Part shown: positions 1 to 12,368 of the stretch, one piece after another
Numbering within the stretch: the stretch's first letter is position 1
How the letters are laid out: each line of letters opens with the position of its first letter
Source: Tubiluchus corallicola
Taxonomy: Eukaryota; Animalia; Priapulida
DNA: 30,868 bases
Assembly (NCBI GenBank): GCA_030141605.1
Contig: JAQGDQ010001650.1
Location: forward strand, 1-30,868
Reading direction: 5' to 3'
Notes under the pieces: model-generated
Told to the model about the DNA's origin: nothing
What the model saw: only the letters and a program-made list of their open reading frames with translations
Database searches by the model: none
Position numbers and translations under genes: made by a program

Positions 1-202
1 CAATAGCTTGATGGAAAATGCAATAACTTGACGGAGAATGCAATAGCTTGATGGAAAATGCAATAACTTGACGGAGAATGCAATAGCTTGATGGAGAATG
101 CAATAACTTGATGGAGAATACAATAACTTGACGGAGAATGCAATAGGTTGACGGAGAATGCAATAACTTGACGGAGAATACAATAACTTGACGGAAAATA
201 CA
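1..202. repeat. 20-bp minisatellite (CAATAACTTGACGGAGAATG) x ~10, runs off window start
   Basis: Unit recurs every 20 nt from position 1 to ~200 with few substitutions. Confidence 0.95.
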
Positions 203-648
203 AAAATCAGCATTGTACAAAGTGGCAATCCTGTTTGAGATTGTCACATATAAGAATGTCGTCCCATCGTTTAAAAGTGAATGCTGGTAGATGAAGCGGA
301 ATTCCGTTTAATGCTACTTGCTACTTGCTGCCCCCACCAGGTGGAGGGTGGCCAGCACAGGTAGCATTCCGTTTAATCATTCCGTTTCCATTAGGCTTTG
401 TAAATGTGGCAGAGAGATACAAGATGAGGAACGTGTTTTGTTAGATTGGCAACTTAATGAACCAATCCTTTAATAATATGTTTGATTTAATGAATTCAAC
501 AAATTATTTTTCGTTGCTTTCATACAAACTTTTGAATTTGATGATAAAATTTGGTATGTTTCACGCTCTAACTCCATTGTATATAATATGGACATTTGTG
601 TAACAATCTCCCTGTGTTAATGTCAATTAACTAACCATGTGGGTGTCG

Positions 649-790
649 TTTCGACACTGGACATTTCGACGCAAGGCATTTAGACACAGGACATTTCGAC
701 CCAGGACATTTCGGACACAGGACATTTCGACACAGAACATTTCGACACAAGACATTTGGACACATGGGTCATTTGGACACAAGGCATGTC
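649..790. repeat. ~15-bp degenerate minisatellite (GGACATTTCGACACA) x ~9
   Basis: Repeated ACATTTCGAC/ACATTTGGAC core every 15-17 nt. Confidence 0.85.
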
Positions 791-934
791 CAACATGACC
801 GGCACAAACACAGAAACATGTCTTGTTTAGTCTTGTTACTTTTTCATCCATTGCCAGTTGTCTGTAATAAGTCATTGTCACCACATTTTGAACATGTTTA
901 ATGAAAGTTTTGTCCATTTTTGTTTTTTTTTCAG

Positions 935-1002
935 GTCGAACATTGAGGGGAAAGGCTTTTTATAACGTCAATGGCAAAGTTTACTGCGAAGAAGATTATT
1001 TA
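935..1002 (+). CDS. WTIP: Ajuba/LIMD1/WTIP-family LIM protein, internal exon (end of LIM1): (G)[22 protein letters not shown]
   Basis: Poly-T tract + CAG acceptor ending 934, GTAAG donor at 1003; peptide matches the WTIP/LIMD1 LIM1 end (RLRGKAFY...VYCxED) and joins in frame to the next exon. Confidence 0.93.
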
Positions 1003-1070
1003 GTAAGGACATTTTTTCTCAAATGACAAGATATTTAATCTAAAATCACTCAAAAATGCCACTAATTACA

Positions 1071-1250
1071 TTGTTGTTGTTGTTGTTGTTGTTGCTGCTG
1101 CTGCTGTTGCTATTGCTGTTGTTGTTGTTGTTGCTGCTGCTGTTGCTATTGCTGTTGCTGTTGTTGCTGTTATTGCTGTTGTTGTTGTTGTTGCAGCTGT
1201 TGCTGTTGTTGTTGGTGGTGGTGGTGGTGTTGGTGCCGCCGCCGCCGCCC
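1071..1250. repeat. Compound trinucleotide microsatellite (TTG/CTG, then GTG, then CCG)
   Basis: Directly visible; intronic. Confidence 0.95.
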
Positions 1251-1662
1251 TCCTGCTCACTGCTGTAGGTTGAAATGTTTTGCACCATACAGCATAACGT
1301 ACTTGTGTTGCTTCATTATAGTAATAAGATTAGTTCCTAAAATGCACAGTACTAGCAAAACACTTTTTCAGTAGCAAATACAAAAAATGTAAGATGTCTA
1401 GTACTTACTAAATCTGGTAAATAAAGTGACGTAATTACAAGTAAAACCATTAAAAATTACGATACATTGAAATCTGTGACAAATCAATTGCTAATTTAAA
1501 AACGCACGTTTTTAGTAAAGATTTAAAATGGCTTACAATGCACATGGGACCGATTAGTATGAAATCTTTTATAATCAAGTCTTATGGGCGTGGCAGGAGG
1601 GAGAATTTGAGCAGTCCTTATCATCTTCATTCTTGTAAAAACCTCTCGTTGGATGTTTCAAA

Positions 1663-2171
1663 CGGGGATGAGAATTTTCCGCGGATACGCGGCATTCCGA
1701 GTTTTTGGAAGACCAGTAGTGCCATTTTTGTAAATCACGTGAATTCGTTGAGAAGATTTTTACGGACCCAGTACATTATTTCACAAGCTGACCGCTAGTT
1801 GGCGGGCCGTCACTTTGTTTACATCACGTACATCAGTATGACCACGTGTATATCTCTATGTATAAAAATATAGAATCAATTGTGCGGAGTTATTTGAGTC
1901 AATTGCAGACAGTTTTTATATACTTTTGCATAGGAACGGCCAGTACTTAGGCGTCTTTGAGACAATTAGGTATCATGTATCCTTGATAGTTGGGTATTTT
2001 AAATTATGCATGAAGCAAGGTAATTGATATTTTAAGTCCACTTAGAGGCTCTCAATGGTCACAAAATTGCAATTTGTTGCTGGCTCCAATGGGGTTTCCC
2101 ATGGGTGGTACCAACCCCACCCACCCCCGGCCTGTTTCAGAGTTTTTTGCAATTTGTCATTCTCATCCCTG
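1663..2171 (+). mobile_element. Non-autonomous DNA transposon family A (TIR CAGGGATGAGAA...TTCTCATCCCTG, probably hAT-like), copy 1
   Basis: TIRs at both ends; near-identical to 11857-12368 and to partial copy 5506-5641; TSD degenerate (GTTTCAAA/ATTTCTTA), so superfamily rests on CAG...CTG ends. Confidence 0.85.
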
Positions 2172-2295
2172 ATTTCTTATCACATATTAGTTTATACCTG
2201 AGATATTATTTGTTTTGATATTAGCTTGCACATTCGTCTTTGTTACTACATCTGTGCTTGTTGCATCACCTCATTTTTTCTTTTCAATTTTACAG

Positions 2296-2358
2296 TATTC
2301 CGGTTTCCAGCAGACTGCTGAGAAGTGCGTAGTGTGTGGTCACCTGATCATGGAAATG
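2296..2358 (+). CDS. WTIP: WTIP-like exon (start of LIM2): YSGFQQTAEKCVVCGHLIMEM
   Basis: TTTACAG acceptor, GTAATT donor at 2359, phase 0/0; near-identical to WTIP YSGFQQTADKCSVCGHLIMEM as I recall it. Confidence 0.95.
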
Positions 2359-2424
2359 GTAATTCAACTAATGTCATACCTTCATCTGAATAATTAATTT
2401 CAATGATATCTGGTATATATATAC

Positions 2425-2878
2425 CAGGGGTGTGCAAATTATCTGACTAGCTGGGCCACATTAAACTTTCCCGCAATTCCTGCGGACCACAGCCAGTTTG
2501 ATCAAGGAGCCAAGTACAGAAGGGCCTGATAACGATTTTTTTGCATCCGACCTGTATACATCATTACTACTACACTCAAGAAACTATTTTAGAAGTTATT
2601 AAAATTTATATTACAAACCATATATTTCTACTTTCAGGACAGATAGTGGTAATTTTATTACAATGCATATTAGTAATGTATATCACACAGTCTGTATAGT
2701 ACAGTGACATTAAGCTACAACCGTCTTGTAAGGGTTAATGGCATCCGATCTAGTAGAAAAAACTACCCGCACTATCTTTGGGATCGTGGCACGGACTTCA
2801 TTAGGTTGACAAATCTCTTCGCGGGCCGCACTTTCATTAGGTTGTCTCTCTTCGCGGGCCGCAATTTGCACACCCCTG
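2425..2878 (+). mobile_element. hAT-type MITE family B, copy 1
   Basis: TIR CAGGGGTGTGCAAATT...AATTTGCACACCCCTG with perfect 8-bp TSD ATATATAC (2417-2424, 2879-2886); inverted second copy at 21644-22103. Confidence 0.93.
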
Positions 2879-3087
2879 ATATATACAGTCATTTGCAAAA
2901 GTTTAAGACCAAGCTCGAGTTTCCGGGATTTTCATCATACTGTACCCTGACTGCATCAGATTCTTTGTTGATTGCATCATACTGCTAGTGGTTTGAAACA
3001 GTGACGTCTAGTGAGTATGAGTGACTCATTTGCCTGCCGCTATCCATACAGATCGGCCGTTCTTGTATTTTTCTTGTGATCCAGAAA

Positions 3088-4001
<914 letters not shown>

Positions 4002-4177
4002 AATGTTCAAGGACTGTGACTATTTTTGAATAAAAACATACGAACTATATTTTTCTAGAAGAATAAATGAATAGTTTTTAGATGGAACCGTGTTAAACGA
4101 TGGTTTTGTCAATTTTCATGAAAAAAATCACTTTGGTCTTAAACTTTTGCAAATGATTGTATATATATATATATAGA

Positions 4178-4562
4178 TAGTGTTTCCTCACTTATTGCGG
4201 GTGTTCCGTTCCAGGCTCCCCCGCGATAAGTGAATTTCCGCGAAGTACGAACGCTGTACTTATTTTAATAGTTCTACATTATTTTAAGTCTTTATAAACC
4301 CTCCCACACTCTTATACATAACCCTTTCCCATTCCCTTAATAAGTTTTCCGCAAAATTATACACTTTTATGCAAAATTCATCAAATCTATACATTATTGT
4401 ACAATACGTACTGCGCATGTGCAAAAATACTTTAGACGGAGTACGGCAAAAACCCGCGAAACAGCGAAAATACCGCGATAAATATTTTACATTAATATTT
4501 TTGAAAACCCGCGAAACAGCGAGTCCGCGATAAACGAACCGCGAAGTAGCGAGGGAACACTG
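4178..4562. mobile_element. Tigger/pogo-like MITE
   Basis: Right end CCGCGAAGTAGCGAGGGAACACTG+TA matches degenerate left end TAGTGTTTCCTCACTTATTGCGG; subterminal CCGCGA repeats. Confidence 0.75.
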
Positions 4563-4564
4563 TA

Positions 4565-4620
4565 TAAGTTTCGAGGCTACAGCTCCAACGACGGCACCAT
4601 TTTTGTCAATCTGTACATTC
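4565..4620 (+). mobile_element. Fragment of an unclassified interspersed repeat (also at 20076)
   Basis: TAAGtTTCGAGGCTACAGCtCcaACGACGGCACCATTT matches 20076-20113; both copies abut TA-rich tracts. Confidence 0.6.
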
Positions 4621-5311
4621 AAAAATTTAAAAAGAAATACAGAGCAATGATTCTCAACAAGTACAACACTTCCTAATTTCCTACACCTACTGCAGCAGTC
4701 ATACCACAATCCTGGTACAGATTATGCAAAACAAGGCATCATTGATAAATCTTTAGAGCTGATGTCAACATAGCGCAATCTATTATCTTTCTTCCTACCA
4801 TTTCCACTAACACATCCTTCTACCCTTCCTGTGTGATCTAACCTTTCTCCCTGTTCTTTTTTTGTTCACTCATCCATTCTTCTTTTATCGGGTTCACATG
4901 ACAGTGGGCTTATACAAGCCTTTGCTTCTCTAGCCCACTGCAGTACAATTATTCTTTTATGATAACGATAGTGTATGAAACATAATAATTTAATACAGTA
5001 TGATGTAATAATTTTGATGTCACTGTGTGTTTAATGTCATTATATTGTACTGAATGTGATCATAATCATAAATGAAAAAAATTAAAAATAACTCATGAAA
5101 AGAGAGAGAGAGAGAGAGAGAAAGAGAGGAGGCGGCAGTATGTTCGCATAAAGCGAAAAAACGTTACCTTGGCGCTAGGCCCCGGGGAAGTATCCCCACT
5201 ACCCCCCCCCCCCCCATTGAAATAGGCCCTGTCCGTACCGTTCTTTCCTTTTGCTTCATTTACCTTTGCGGTTCGTCGTAGGCCTCAATGTACGAACAAT
5301 CGTAATTTCAG

Positions 5312-5442
5312 ATTCTGCAAGCGATGGGGAAGTCTTATCATCCGGGATGTTTCCGGTGTTCCGTCTGCAACGAGTGCTTGGACGGCGTCCCTTTCACCAT
5401 CGACATGGACAATAAAATCTACTGTGTCATCGACTATCACAA
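5312..5442 (+). CDS. WTIP: WTIP-like exon (LIM2): [43 protein letters not shown](K)
   Basis: TTTCAG acceptor ending 5311, GTACGT donor at 5443 (phase 2); LIM H/C spacing and strong WTIP/LIMD1 similarity. Confidence 0.96.
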
Positions 5443-5505
5443 GTACGTGCCCTGCTCTTGTAGCGTGAGAATTAGTAGTATTTTCATTACGTCTGATGTT
5501 AAATC

Positions 5506-5641
5506 CATAGATGAGAATTTTCCGCGGATACGCGGAATTCCGAGTTTTTGGAAGACCGGTAGCGCCATTTTTGTAAATCGCGTAAATTTGTTAAGAACAT
5601 TTTTACGGACCCGGTACATTATTTCACAAGCTGACCACTAG
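5506..5641 (+). mobile_element. Family A transposon, 5'-only truncated copy
   Basis: Matches the first ~135 bp of 1663 and 11857 copies, then switches abruptly to the ~93-bp satellite. Confidence 0.85.
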
Positions 5642-6290
5642 AAATGAGTGAATGAAAGAATTAGTAGGGTTAGTAGACATGATGGAATGGAAAAAAATAG
5701 TAAGATTAGGGATAGGAAGAAGGAAGGGAGGGGAGGATGAGTGAATGAAAGAATGGTTAGGGTTAGTAGACATGATGGAATGGAAAAAATAGTAAGATTA
5801 GGGATAGGAAGAAGGAAGGGAGGGGAGGATGAGTGAATGAAAGAATGGTTAGGGTTAGTAGACATGATGGAATGGAAAAAAATAGTAAGATTAGGGATAG
5901 GAAGAAGGAAGGGAGGGGAGGATGAGTGAATGAAAGAATGGTTAGGGTCAGTAGACATGTTGGAATGGAAAAAAATAGTAAGATTAGGGATAGGAAGAAG
6001 GAAGGGAGGGGAGGATGAGTGAATGAAAGAATGGTTAGGGTTAGTAGACATGATGGAGTGGAAAAATAGTAAGATTAGGGATAGGAAGAAGGAAGGGAGG
6101 GAAGGATGAGTGAATGAAAGAATGGTTAGGGTTAGTAGACATGATGGAATGGAAAAAAATAGTAAGATTAGAGATAGGAAGAAGGAAGGGAGGGGAGGAT
6201 GAGTGAATGAAAGAATGGTTAGGGTTAGTAGACATGATGGAATGGAAAAAAATAGTAAGATTAGGGATAGGAAGAAGGAAAAGAGGAGAA
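5642..6290. repeat. ~93-bp purine-rich satellite x 7
   Basis: ATGAGTGAATG starts at 5644, 5737, 5829, 5922, 6015, 6106, 6199; the same unit occurs at 27692. Confidence 0.95.
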
Positions 6291-7010
6291 GAAACGACCA
6301 CAGTGTATGTTTAATTTACATAGAGCTATATTAAAATAGCATTATAATTGATTGGAGGCCATATATTGTGACTGCGTGAGACATGGAAGCATTAAAATTG
6401 TATTATAAGTATGAACCCAAAATGGTCCTTTTCAAGTACTTTTTGAAACTATAAATAGTTTTATGTATTTTTACTTGGGCACTTATTTTATTCCAGTTAT
6501 TGGGGGCTGTGAATTTAATAAAGTGCCTGGCACTATTAGTACGACAGTAAGGGACATGATATTCACTGAACCTTGTAAACCTATGCGAATTGTTTATCCT
6601 TGCAAAACTTTGTCAACTGCTGTTAATTTTTGGTAAAATACGGATTAACTTGTGTAGTTCTTGAGATTACTGATTGTCACTCTTGTGGATTTAAACATTT
6701 AATGATTTGGCATATCAATTTATCTGCATTTTTATGTTACTTCACGGGAAACTGCCGCATTAATAACCTTGATGTTAGCACGCACTTCAATACTTCTTGT
6801 TTAACATCACTGTAAGAAATGTTAAACGCACAAATTAGAAAAGCTAATTACAGAATCCGTAAATGTAATATCGTAGAATTCACTCTATGTTGTGTCTATG
6901 TAAAATTGTATAATGTTAGTACAGATATTTTTGCCTGCAAAAAGAGGCTAATAAAGACTTATCATCATCTTTATTTGATGATGATATTATTATCATTATT
7001 ATCATCATTT

Positions 7011-7269
7011 GACCAGACGGTTTAGTCTAGTGGTAATGCGTCTGCTTTGCTTTCCGTCTGGGAGGTCGTGAGTTCGAACGAGCGGCCGGGTCACACCAAG
7101 AACTTTAAAAATGGTACCTGCTGTTGCCCTGCGTGACGCGTGGTATTTAAGGTAAAAGTGGGGTAATAATAGTCTCTGTTATGTAGTTGTAGGTTGTTAT
7201 TTACAGTCGGCGATAATAGCTCTTTGAGCTAATGTTAATTGTTGACCCAAAAGCCGACTTTAAATAAAG
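7011..7269 (+). mobile_element. tRNA-derived SINE, possibly with Meta-domain core
   Basis: A-box-like TAGTCTAGTGG and B-box GAGTTCGAA, body GGTCACACCAAGAACTTTAAAAATGGTACC, ending AATAAAG + (ATT)n tail; Meta assignment from memory. Confidence 0.75.
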
Positions 7270-7294
7270 ATTATTATTATTATTATTATTATTA

Positions 7295-7328
<34 letters not shown>

Positions 7329-7329
7329 C

Positions 7330-7370
<41 letters not shown>

Positions 7371-7461
7371 CATTATCATTATCATTATCATTATCATTAT
7401 CATTATCATTATCATTATCATTATCATTATCATTATCATTATCATTATCATTATCATTATC

Positions 7462-7523
<62 letters not shown>

Positions 7524-7537
7524 CATTATTATTATCA
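7269..7537. repeat. (ATT)n/(ATTATC)n microsatellite, expanded SINE tail
   Basis: Directly visible, contiguous with the SINE 3' end. Confidence 0.95.
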
Positions 7538-7722
7538 ATTCATCAACTGCAGGTTTGGACTTGACAGGGTTTGTGAAATTGTCGTTAAATTTCGCCGTAT
7601 AATTTCCTGATATTCAATGTGCATGTTTAGATTAATGAAATTCACGGCATAGTTACAGAAGTCGTTACTTGTTGTTGCGTAACTTGACGAGAAATTAAAA
7701 TGATCCGCTTTCTTCTTTTTAG

Positions 7723-7774
7723 AATATTTGCGCCGAAGTGCGCAGCTTGCGGAAAACCAATCACGCCGGTCGAG
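7723..7774 (+). CDS. WTIP: WTIP-like exon (start of LIM3): (K)IFAPKCAACGKPITPVE
   Basis: TTTTTAG acceptor, GTAAGG donor at 7775; completes the phase-2 AA+A codon; FAPKCAAC motif. Confidence 0.95.
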
Positions 7775-8071
7775 GTAAGGGTAAGCATGCCAGTTTTGTG
7801 TGCTAGCACGTAGCCAGGTTTGGTTGTGGTGATTTCTACATGTCGAACCATCGGTTTTATTTTTTATTTTTTTATTTTTCTTAGCTAAACTTTTCGGTTT
7901 CGTAGCCTTTGTGCACGTAACATGTTTTAAGTGTACGGCTAGAACTCCGTGTACGTGTAATGTGTGATGCGTATTGACTGTTTCCATGTGTTCGTGAACG
8001 GTATGCGTATTAACAAAGCTCACGGCGCTCATTCCACCATTTCTGGTCGCTATTCATGAAAATTGCAAGTA

Positions 8072-8531
8072 CAGTCTACCTTGGACACCTCCGGACCGAA
8101 AAAAATCGTCCCTTACATCTGATGTCCCTTATAGCCGAAGTTGAGTCAGACCGAGGGTGTATCTAGACCTGTACTTTTCTGCACTTTCACCCATATTTTT
8201 ATGGATTATTGCTACACATTCAGTGCAAACGGTATGTAGGAGGCTCCTTCAGTGATGCGAGATGTATGTGACAGCGGAAACCGAGCTGTTCGAAGGCCGT
8301 GTTTACGAAAAATTCAGGTTAAAAATCGATCAATTTCCCTTTGATCATAGGGTCCCTTATATGCTAGGTAATTTACCTGGGATTCTATTACGCGGGACCT
8401 TATAACCCCTTATAACCCCTAGATATCGTCCCTTATAACCGAAAGTCCCTTACATGCGAAGATTTTTACATAGGAAAAACATTACAAAAAATCGGGACCG
8501 GTGTTGGTGATCCCTTATAAGCGAGTAACTG
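8072..8531 (+). mobile_element. pogo/Tigger-like MITE family C, copy 1
   Basis: TA+CAGTC...ACTG+TA ends, repeated TCCCTTATA motifs; homologous to 15305-15762. Confidence 0.85.
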
Positions 8532-8929
8532 TATTGGCTGTAATAATTTTTGAAAGCCATGTCACTGTCGACATTTCAGTGTGACACACACACCTGTTGT
8601 ATACGCACTACGTATCACGCATTACGCACGCATGCACCTGATGTTGACATTTTCTTTTTAGCGTGTCTGATCTCGCATGTATACGACTGACGTTTTTAAA
8701 CGAACAAAATCGTTTTTACGTTCTGGTTCAGAGAAATTACGTAGTGTAGCGCATGTTTTTATGCATAATATTGTTTTGTATTGAAGTTACCCATTAAGAG
8801 TGTGTAGCTTTAGACTATAGAAGTAAAATTAAAGTTACACTGTAAAGTAGTGACTACTTCGAGATTTCAAAGATGAATTTCACTTTCTGTGCGTATTTTT
8901 GCTTTGAATAACTGATTTGGACGAAGTCG

Positions 8930-9510
8930 GGATGATTTTTCACGTACTCACCCCATTTTCAGGTCCGATAAAAAGTATACATTTGAACGCAATTAATACT
9001 GCAAAAGCGTTTCTGATAATTAAATAATAGAATGAAAACTTGATTAAAGGCGGCCGACGCCTATGTATTGATGACCTCACAAACTAACATAATTGTCAAC
9101 AGCAAAAACATTGCACGGGCGTGTTGCCCGTGTTTGCGAAAGCGAAAATTGAAGTACAGTGTTTCTGTAAGGTATTCAGTGCACTGTACCGAAACTAGGC
9201 AAGTTTTAAGATAAAATTTCAAATTTACTGCTGTGCTCACGCATGAGCTGTCTAAGATGTGTAGTTCGTCACAAGCTAATGCATTTGAACTACGAGGTAC
9301 AGCACCTGTTTTTGTGCAGTGCATTTTCGAAATGCAGGCGCTAGTGCATGTCTAACCAGCGAATGGCGAAATGCATGTAACAGTGAAGAACTAGTGGCGC
9401 GAACGTGAAATTGTGTTTGTGTGGTAATAACTCTTTCACGTAAGTTATTATTTAAAAAATAGTAAGTTTCCTTTCAATGTTTAAAAGAGTAGATTGTTCT
9501 GACCTGCAGT
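8930..9510 (+). mobile_element. Unclassified interspersed repeat family D
   Basis: Diverged reverse-complement match to ~22520-23070 (e.g. TACTGCAAAAGCGTTTCTGATAATTAAATAATAGA); fragment also near 29235-29313; ends approximate. Confidence 0.75.
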
Positions 9511-10566
9511 TGCAGTTTTGCTTTAACATTTTTTATGCAGTTTTGGTATGCTAGAAATTTCGTTCAAACATTAGTAGATTTTATCATTTTCTTTGCTAGC
9601 TACATTAAAGTCAGCATCATTTCATTTGGGAGTAAATAAATTTAACATTTTCATTTAAAATCGATTAGTAAAATGGACTTTTAAAATTTATCCGAAAACT
9701 GTCTTTTAAAATTTTACACTAAATGTGTAGCTTGCAAACCAAAACCGTCCACATGTCGGTATAGTTAAAGCTACGTTATGATGCTTCAAAGTAGAATGCA
9801 CCAAAAATTTGGTCAAATGTCAATTTTCTGCTTTTTATCAAAACAAACACTAAATATACTCAGCTTTTGAATTTGGAATTATCAGCAAGATGTTCAAAAA
9901 ATATTAAAAATCTATTTTTATAACCCTGTACCCACTTCTCTGGCTAGAAACTAGTACTGCAATTGTAAAAAAAAACTTGTATTTTCAAACTCCAATAGTA
10001 ACTCATGGAAGCTGTTCTTTTCTTCTGGTGTTTTCTGTTGCTCTTTGTCAGGAAGAGCCATCTACTGGATTTAAACGTAACTTCAATGTGTTCTTGCAAA
10101 GTCCATAGCAACCAACATTTGTGCGGTTGCTAAGTGTTTTGTAGAAACAGGACAAAAAACAATGGCTGACTTTAACAGTGATTTTCTCAAGATTATGTTT
10201 TTCAGTGTGCAGCCTGCACCTCAACTTCAACGTGGATTATCTCAGCTTAGAAATAACATAGAGTGATGAACTTGGTATCAAAATGATCATCATGAAATGC
10301 AGATTCAGGATATGTGAATAGCTAGAAAAACTTAATTGCCGACTTTCATATGCAAGCACACATATAATTGAGAACGTTCAGACGTTGTTTTCATAATAAG
10401 ACTTCACAATGAATCGTTGTCAGTGACTATCATTTCTGTGTACATAGATCGGCTTCCGTAAATCTTCGTTTGCCCAGAATTGTCTGTGTAACTAATGCAT
10501 CTGTTGTTCCTTAACGAAATGCAGCTGTAACGTTTGTGTAAAACTGTTTGTTTTCTGTTGCAACAG

Positions 10567-10635
10567 GGTACGGACGAGACGGTACGAGTCGTTTCCATGG
10601 ATAAGGACTTTCACGTTGACTGCTATCAGTGCGAG
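10567..10635 (+). CDS. WTIP: WTIP-like exon (LIM3): GTDETVRVVSMDKDFHVDCYQCE
   Basis: CAACAG acceptor, GTGATG donor at 10636, phase 0/0; ETxRVVSMD signature of Ajuba-family LIM3. Confidence 0.95.
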
Positions 10636-10776
10636 GTGATGATTTTTTTATTCGTCATTGTTGGGGGGGGGTGCATTATGCTTACCTGTTTGAAAGACTT
10701 AACGTAGCTGGAAAAGAAACTTCTTAGTAATTTAAAGTGCTTACACCATTTGGTAGAATGCTACTGCTTTGCCATC

Positions 10777-11240
10777 CCAGCGTGCACCACTGATTCAGCA
10801 TACCAGTGTGCACCATTGATTCACTATCCCAGTGTGCACCATTGATTCACCATCCCAGTGTGCACCATTGAGTCACCATCCCAGTGTGCACCATTGATTC
10901 ACCTTTCCAGCATGCACCACTGATTCACCTTCCCAGCGTGCACCACTGATTCACCTTCCCAGCATGCACCACTGATTCACCTTCCCAGCATGCACCACTG
11001 ATTCACCTTCCCAGTGTGCACCATTGATTCACCATACCAGTGTGCACCATTGATTCACCATACCAGTGTGCACCATTGATTCACCTTCCCAGTGTGCACC
11101 ATTGATTCACCATCCCAGTGTGCACCATTGATTCACCTTTCCAGCATGCACCACTGATTCACCTTCCCAGCGTGCACCACTGATTCACCTTCCCAGCATG
11201 CACCACTGATTCACCTTCCCAGCGTGCACTATTGGCTCAC
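10777..11240. repeat. 26-bp minisatellite (CCAGTGTGCACCATTGATTCACCTTC) x ~18
   Basis: Period of 26 nt (e.g. 10803, 10829). Confidence 0.95.
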
Positions 11241-11856
11241 AAAAGGCACGTTGTTGATCTTACTGACAATACTGAGCAATTTAAACTTTCGCTTAGATGA
11301 CAAAGAATGCACTACGAATGCTCTGATTATTGTTGCAGACTTTACTCAATGTTATCTAAACTTTTTTTTCATGACTTACCATCAAAATGGCTGCATCTAA
11401 CGGTCATCGAACGAGCTTAAATTTACAAGTTTTATACTGCGTTACTGTTAACGCAAGCCCTGTTTGCAATAAGACAACATCTAAGTGATACATGTATAAA
11501 ATTTCAGAACAAATTTTTTGAGCGTTACTTACGGAGAGCGTTTTCTTTACCTGGGAAATTGCGACTGAAATTGAGATGAATTTTTTTTTTACTATTATTA
11601 GTTTTTTACAATTGGGTATCGTTTTATTTACCCCTTTTTTTGGTACCTCAACTTAGCCAGTTTGCAGCAAATTAGTTCTGATTGTTTAATTTATCGAAGG
11701 AGGAACCGATCCGTAGCAAACGGAGCAAGTCGACACGAATTCGACGTTTCTCTAACTTTCAACTGAAACGGACGAAAAACTTGCAAAGTCAACAAACTTC
11801 TCGCTTTGTGAATTCGGGAAACCAACTGCCACAACCAACGTGGCTGCAGTTGTCAA

Positions 11857-12368
11857 CAGGGATGAGAATTTTCTGCGGATACGCGGAATTCCGAGTTTTT
11901 GGAAGACCAGTAGCGCCATTTTTGTAAATCGCGTAAATTCGTTGAGAAAATTTGTACGGACCCGGTACATTATTTCACAAGCTGACCGCTAGTTGGCAAG
12001 CCGTCACTTTGTTTACATCATGTACATCAGTGTAACCACGTGTTTATCTCTGTGTATAAAAATATAGAATCAATTGTGCGGAGTTATTTGAGTCAATTGC
12101 AGACAGTTTTTATATACTTTTGCATAGGAGCGGCCAGTACTTAGGCGTTTTTGAGACAATTAGGTATCATGTATCCTTGATAGTTGGGTATTTTTAAATT
12201 ATGCATGAAACAAGGTAATTGATATTTTAAGTCCACTTAGAGGCTCTCTGTGGTCACAAAATTGCAATTTGTTGCTTCACCCCCTTGAACCCCCATGGGG
12301 GCTTAGGTGGCCCAAAAACCCCCGGCCTGTTTCAGAGTTTTTTTTGCAATTTGTCGTTCTCATCCCTG
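11857..12368 (+). mobile_element. Family A transposon, full copy
   Basis: TIR CAGGGATGAGAA...TTCTCATCCCTG; flanks GTTGTCAA/GTTGTGGC (5/8). Confidence 0.9.

Noticed and set aside
1046-1288. Poly-Leu/Asn/Thr ORFs
   Set aside because: Translations of an intronic trinucleotide microsatellite; no place in the LIM exon chain.
4625-5090. Possible LINE 3' UTR remnant
   Set aside because: Only a suggestive TACAAGCC...GCTT hairpin and A-rich end; too weak to call.
5324-5641. 105-aa ORF as a stand-alone gene
   Set aside because: Only 5312-5442 is exon; the rest is intron and transposon sequence.
5642-6290. Interstitial telomere
   Set aside because: Only isolated TTAGGG motifs within a longer unit; no (TTAGGG)n run.
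7017-7090. tRNA gene
   Set aside because: A/B boxes present but no convincing cloverleaf, and it continues into a SINE body and tail.
7239-7610. His/Tyr-rich ORF
   Set aside because: Microsatellite translation.
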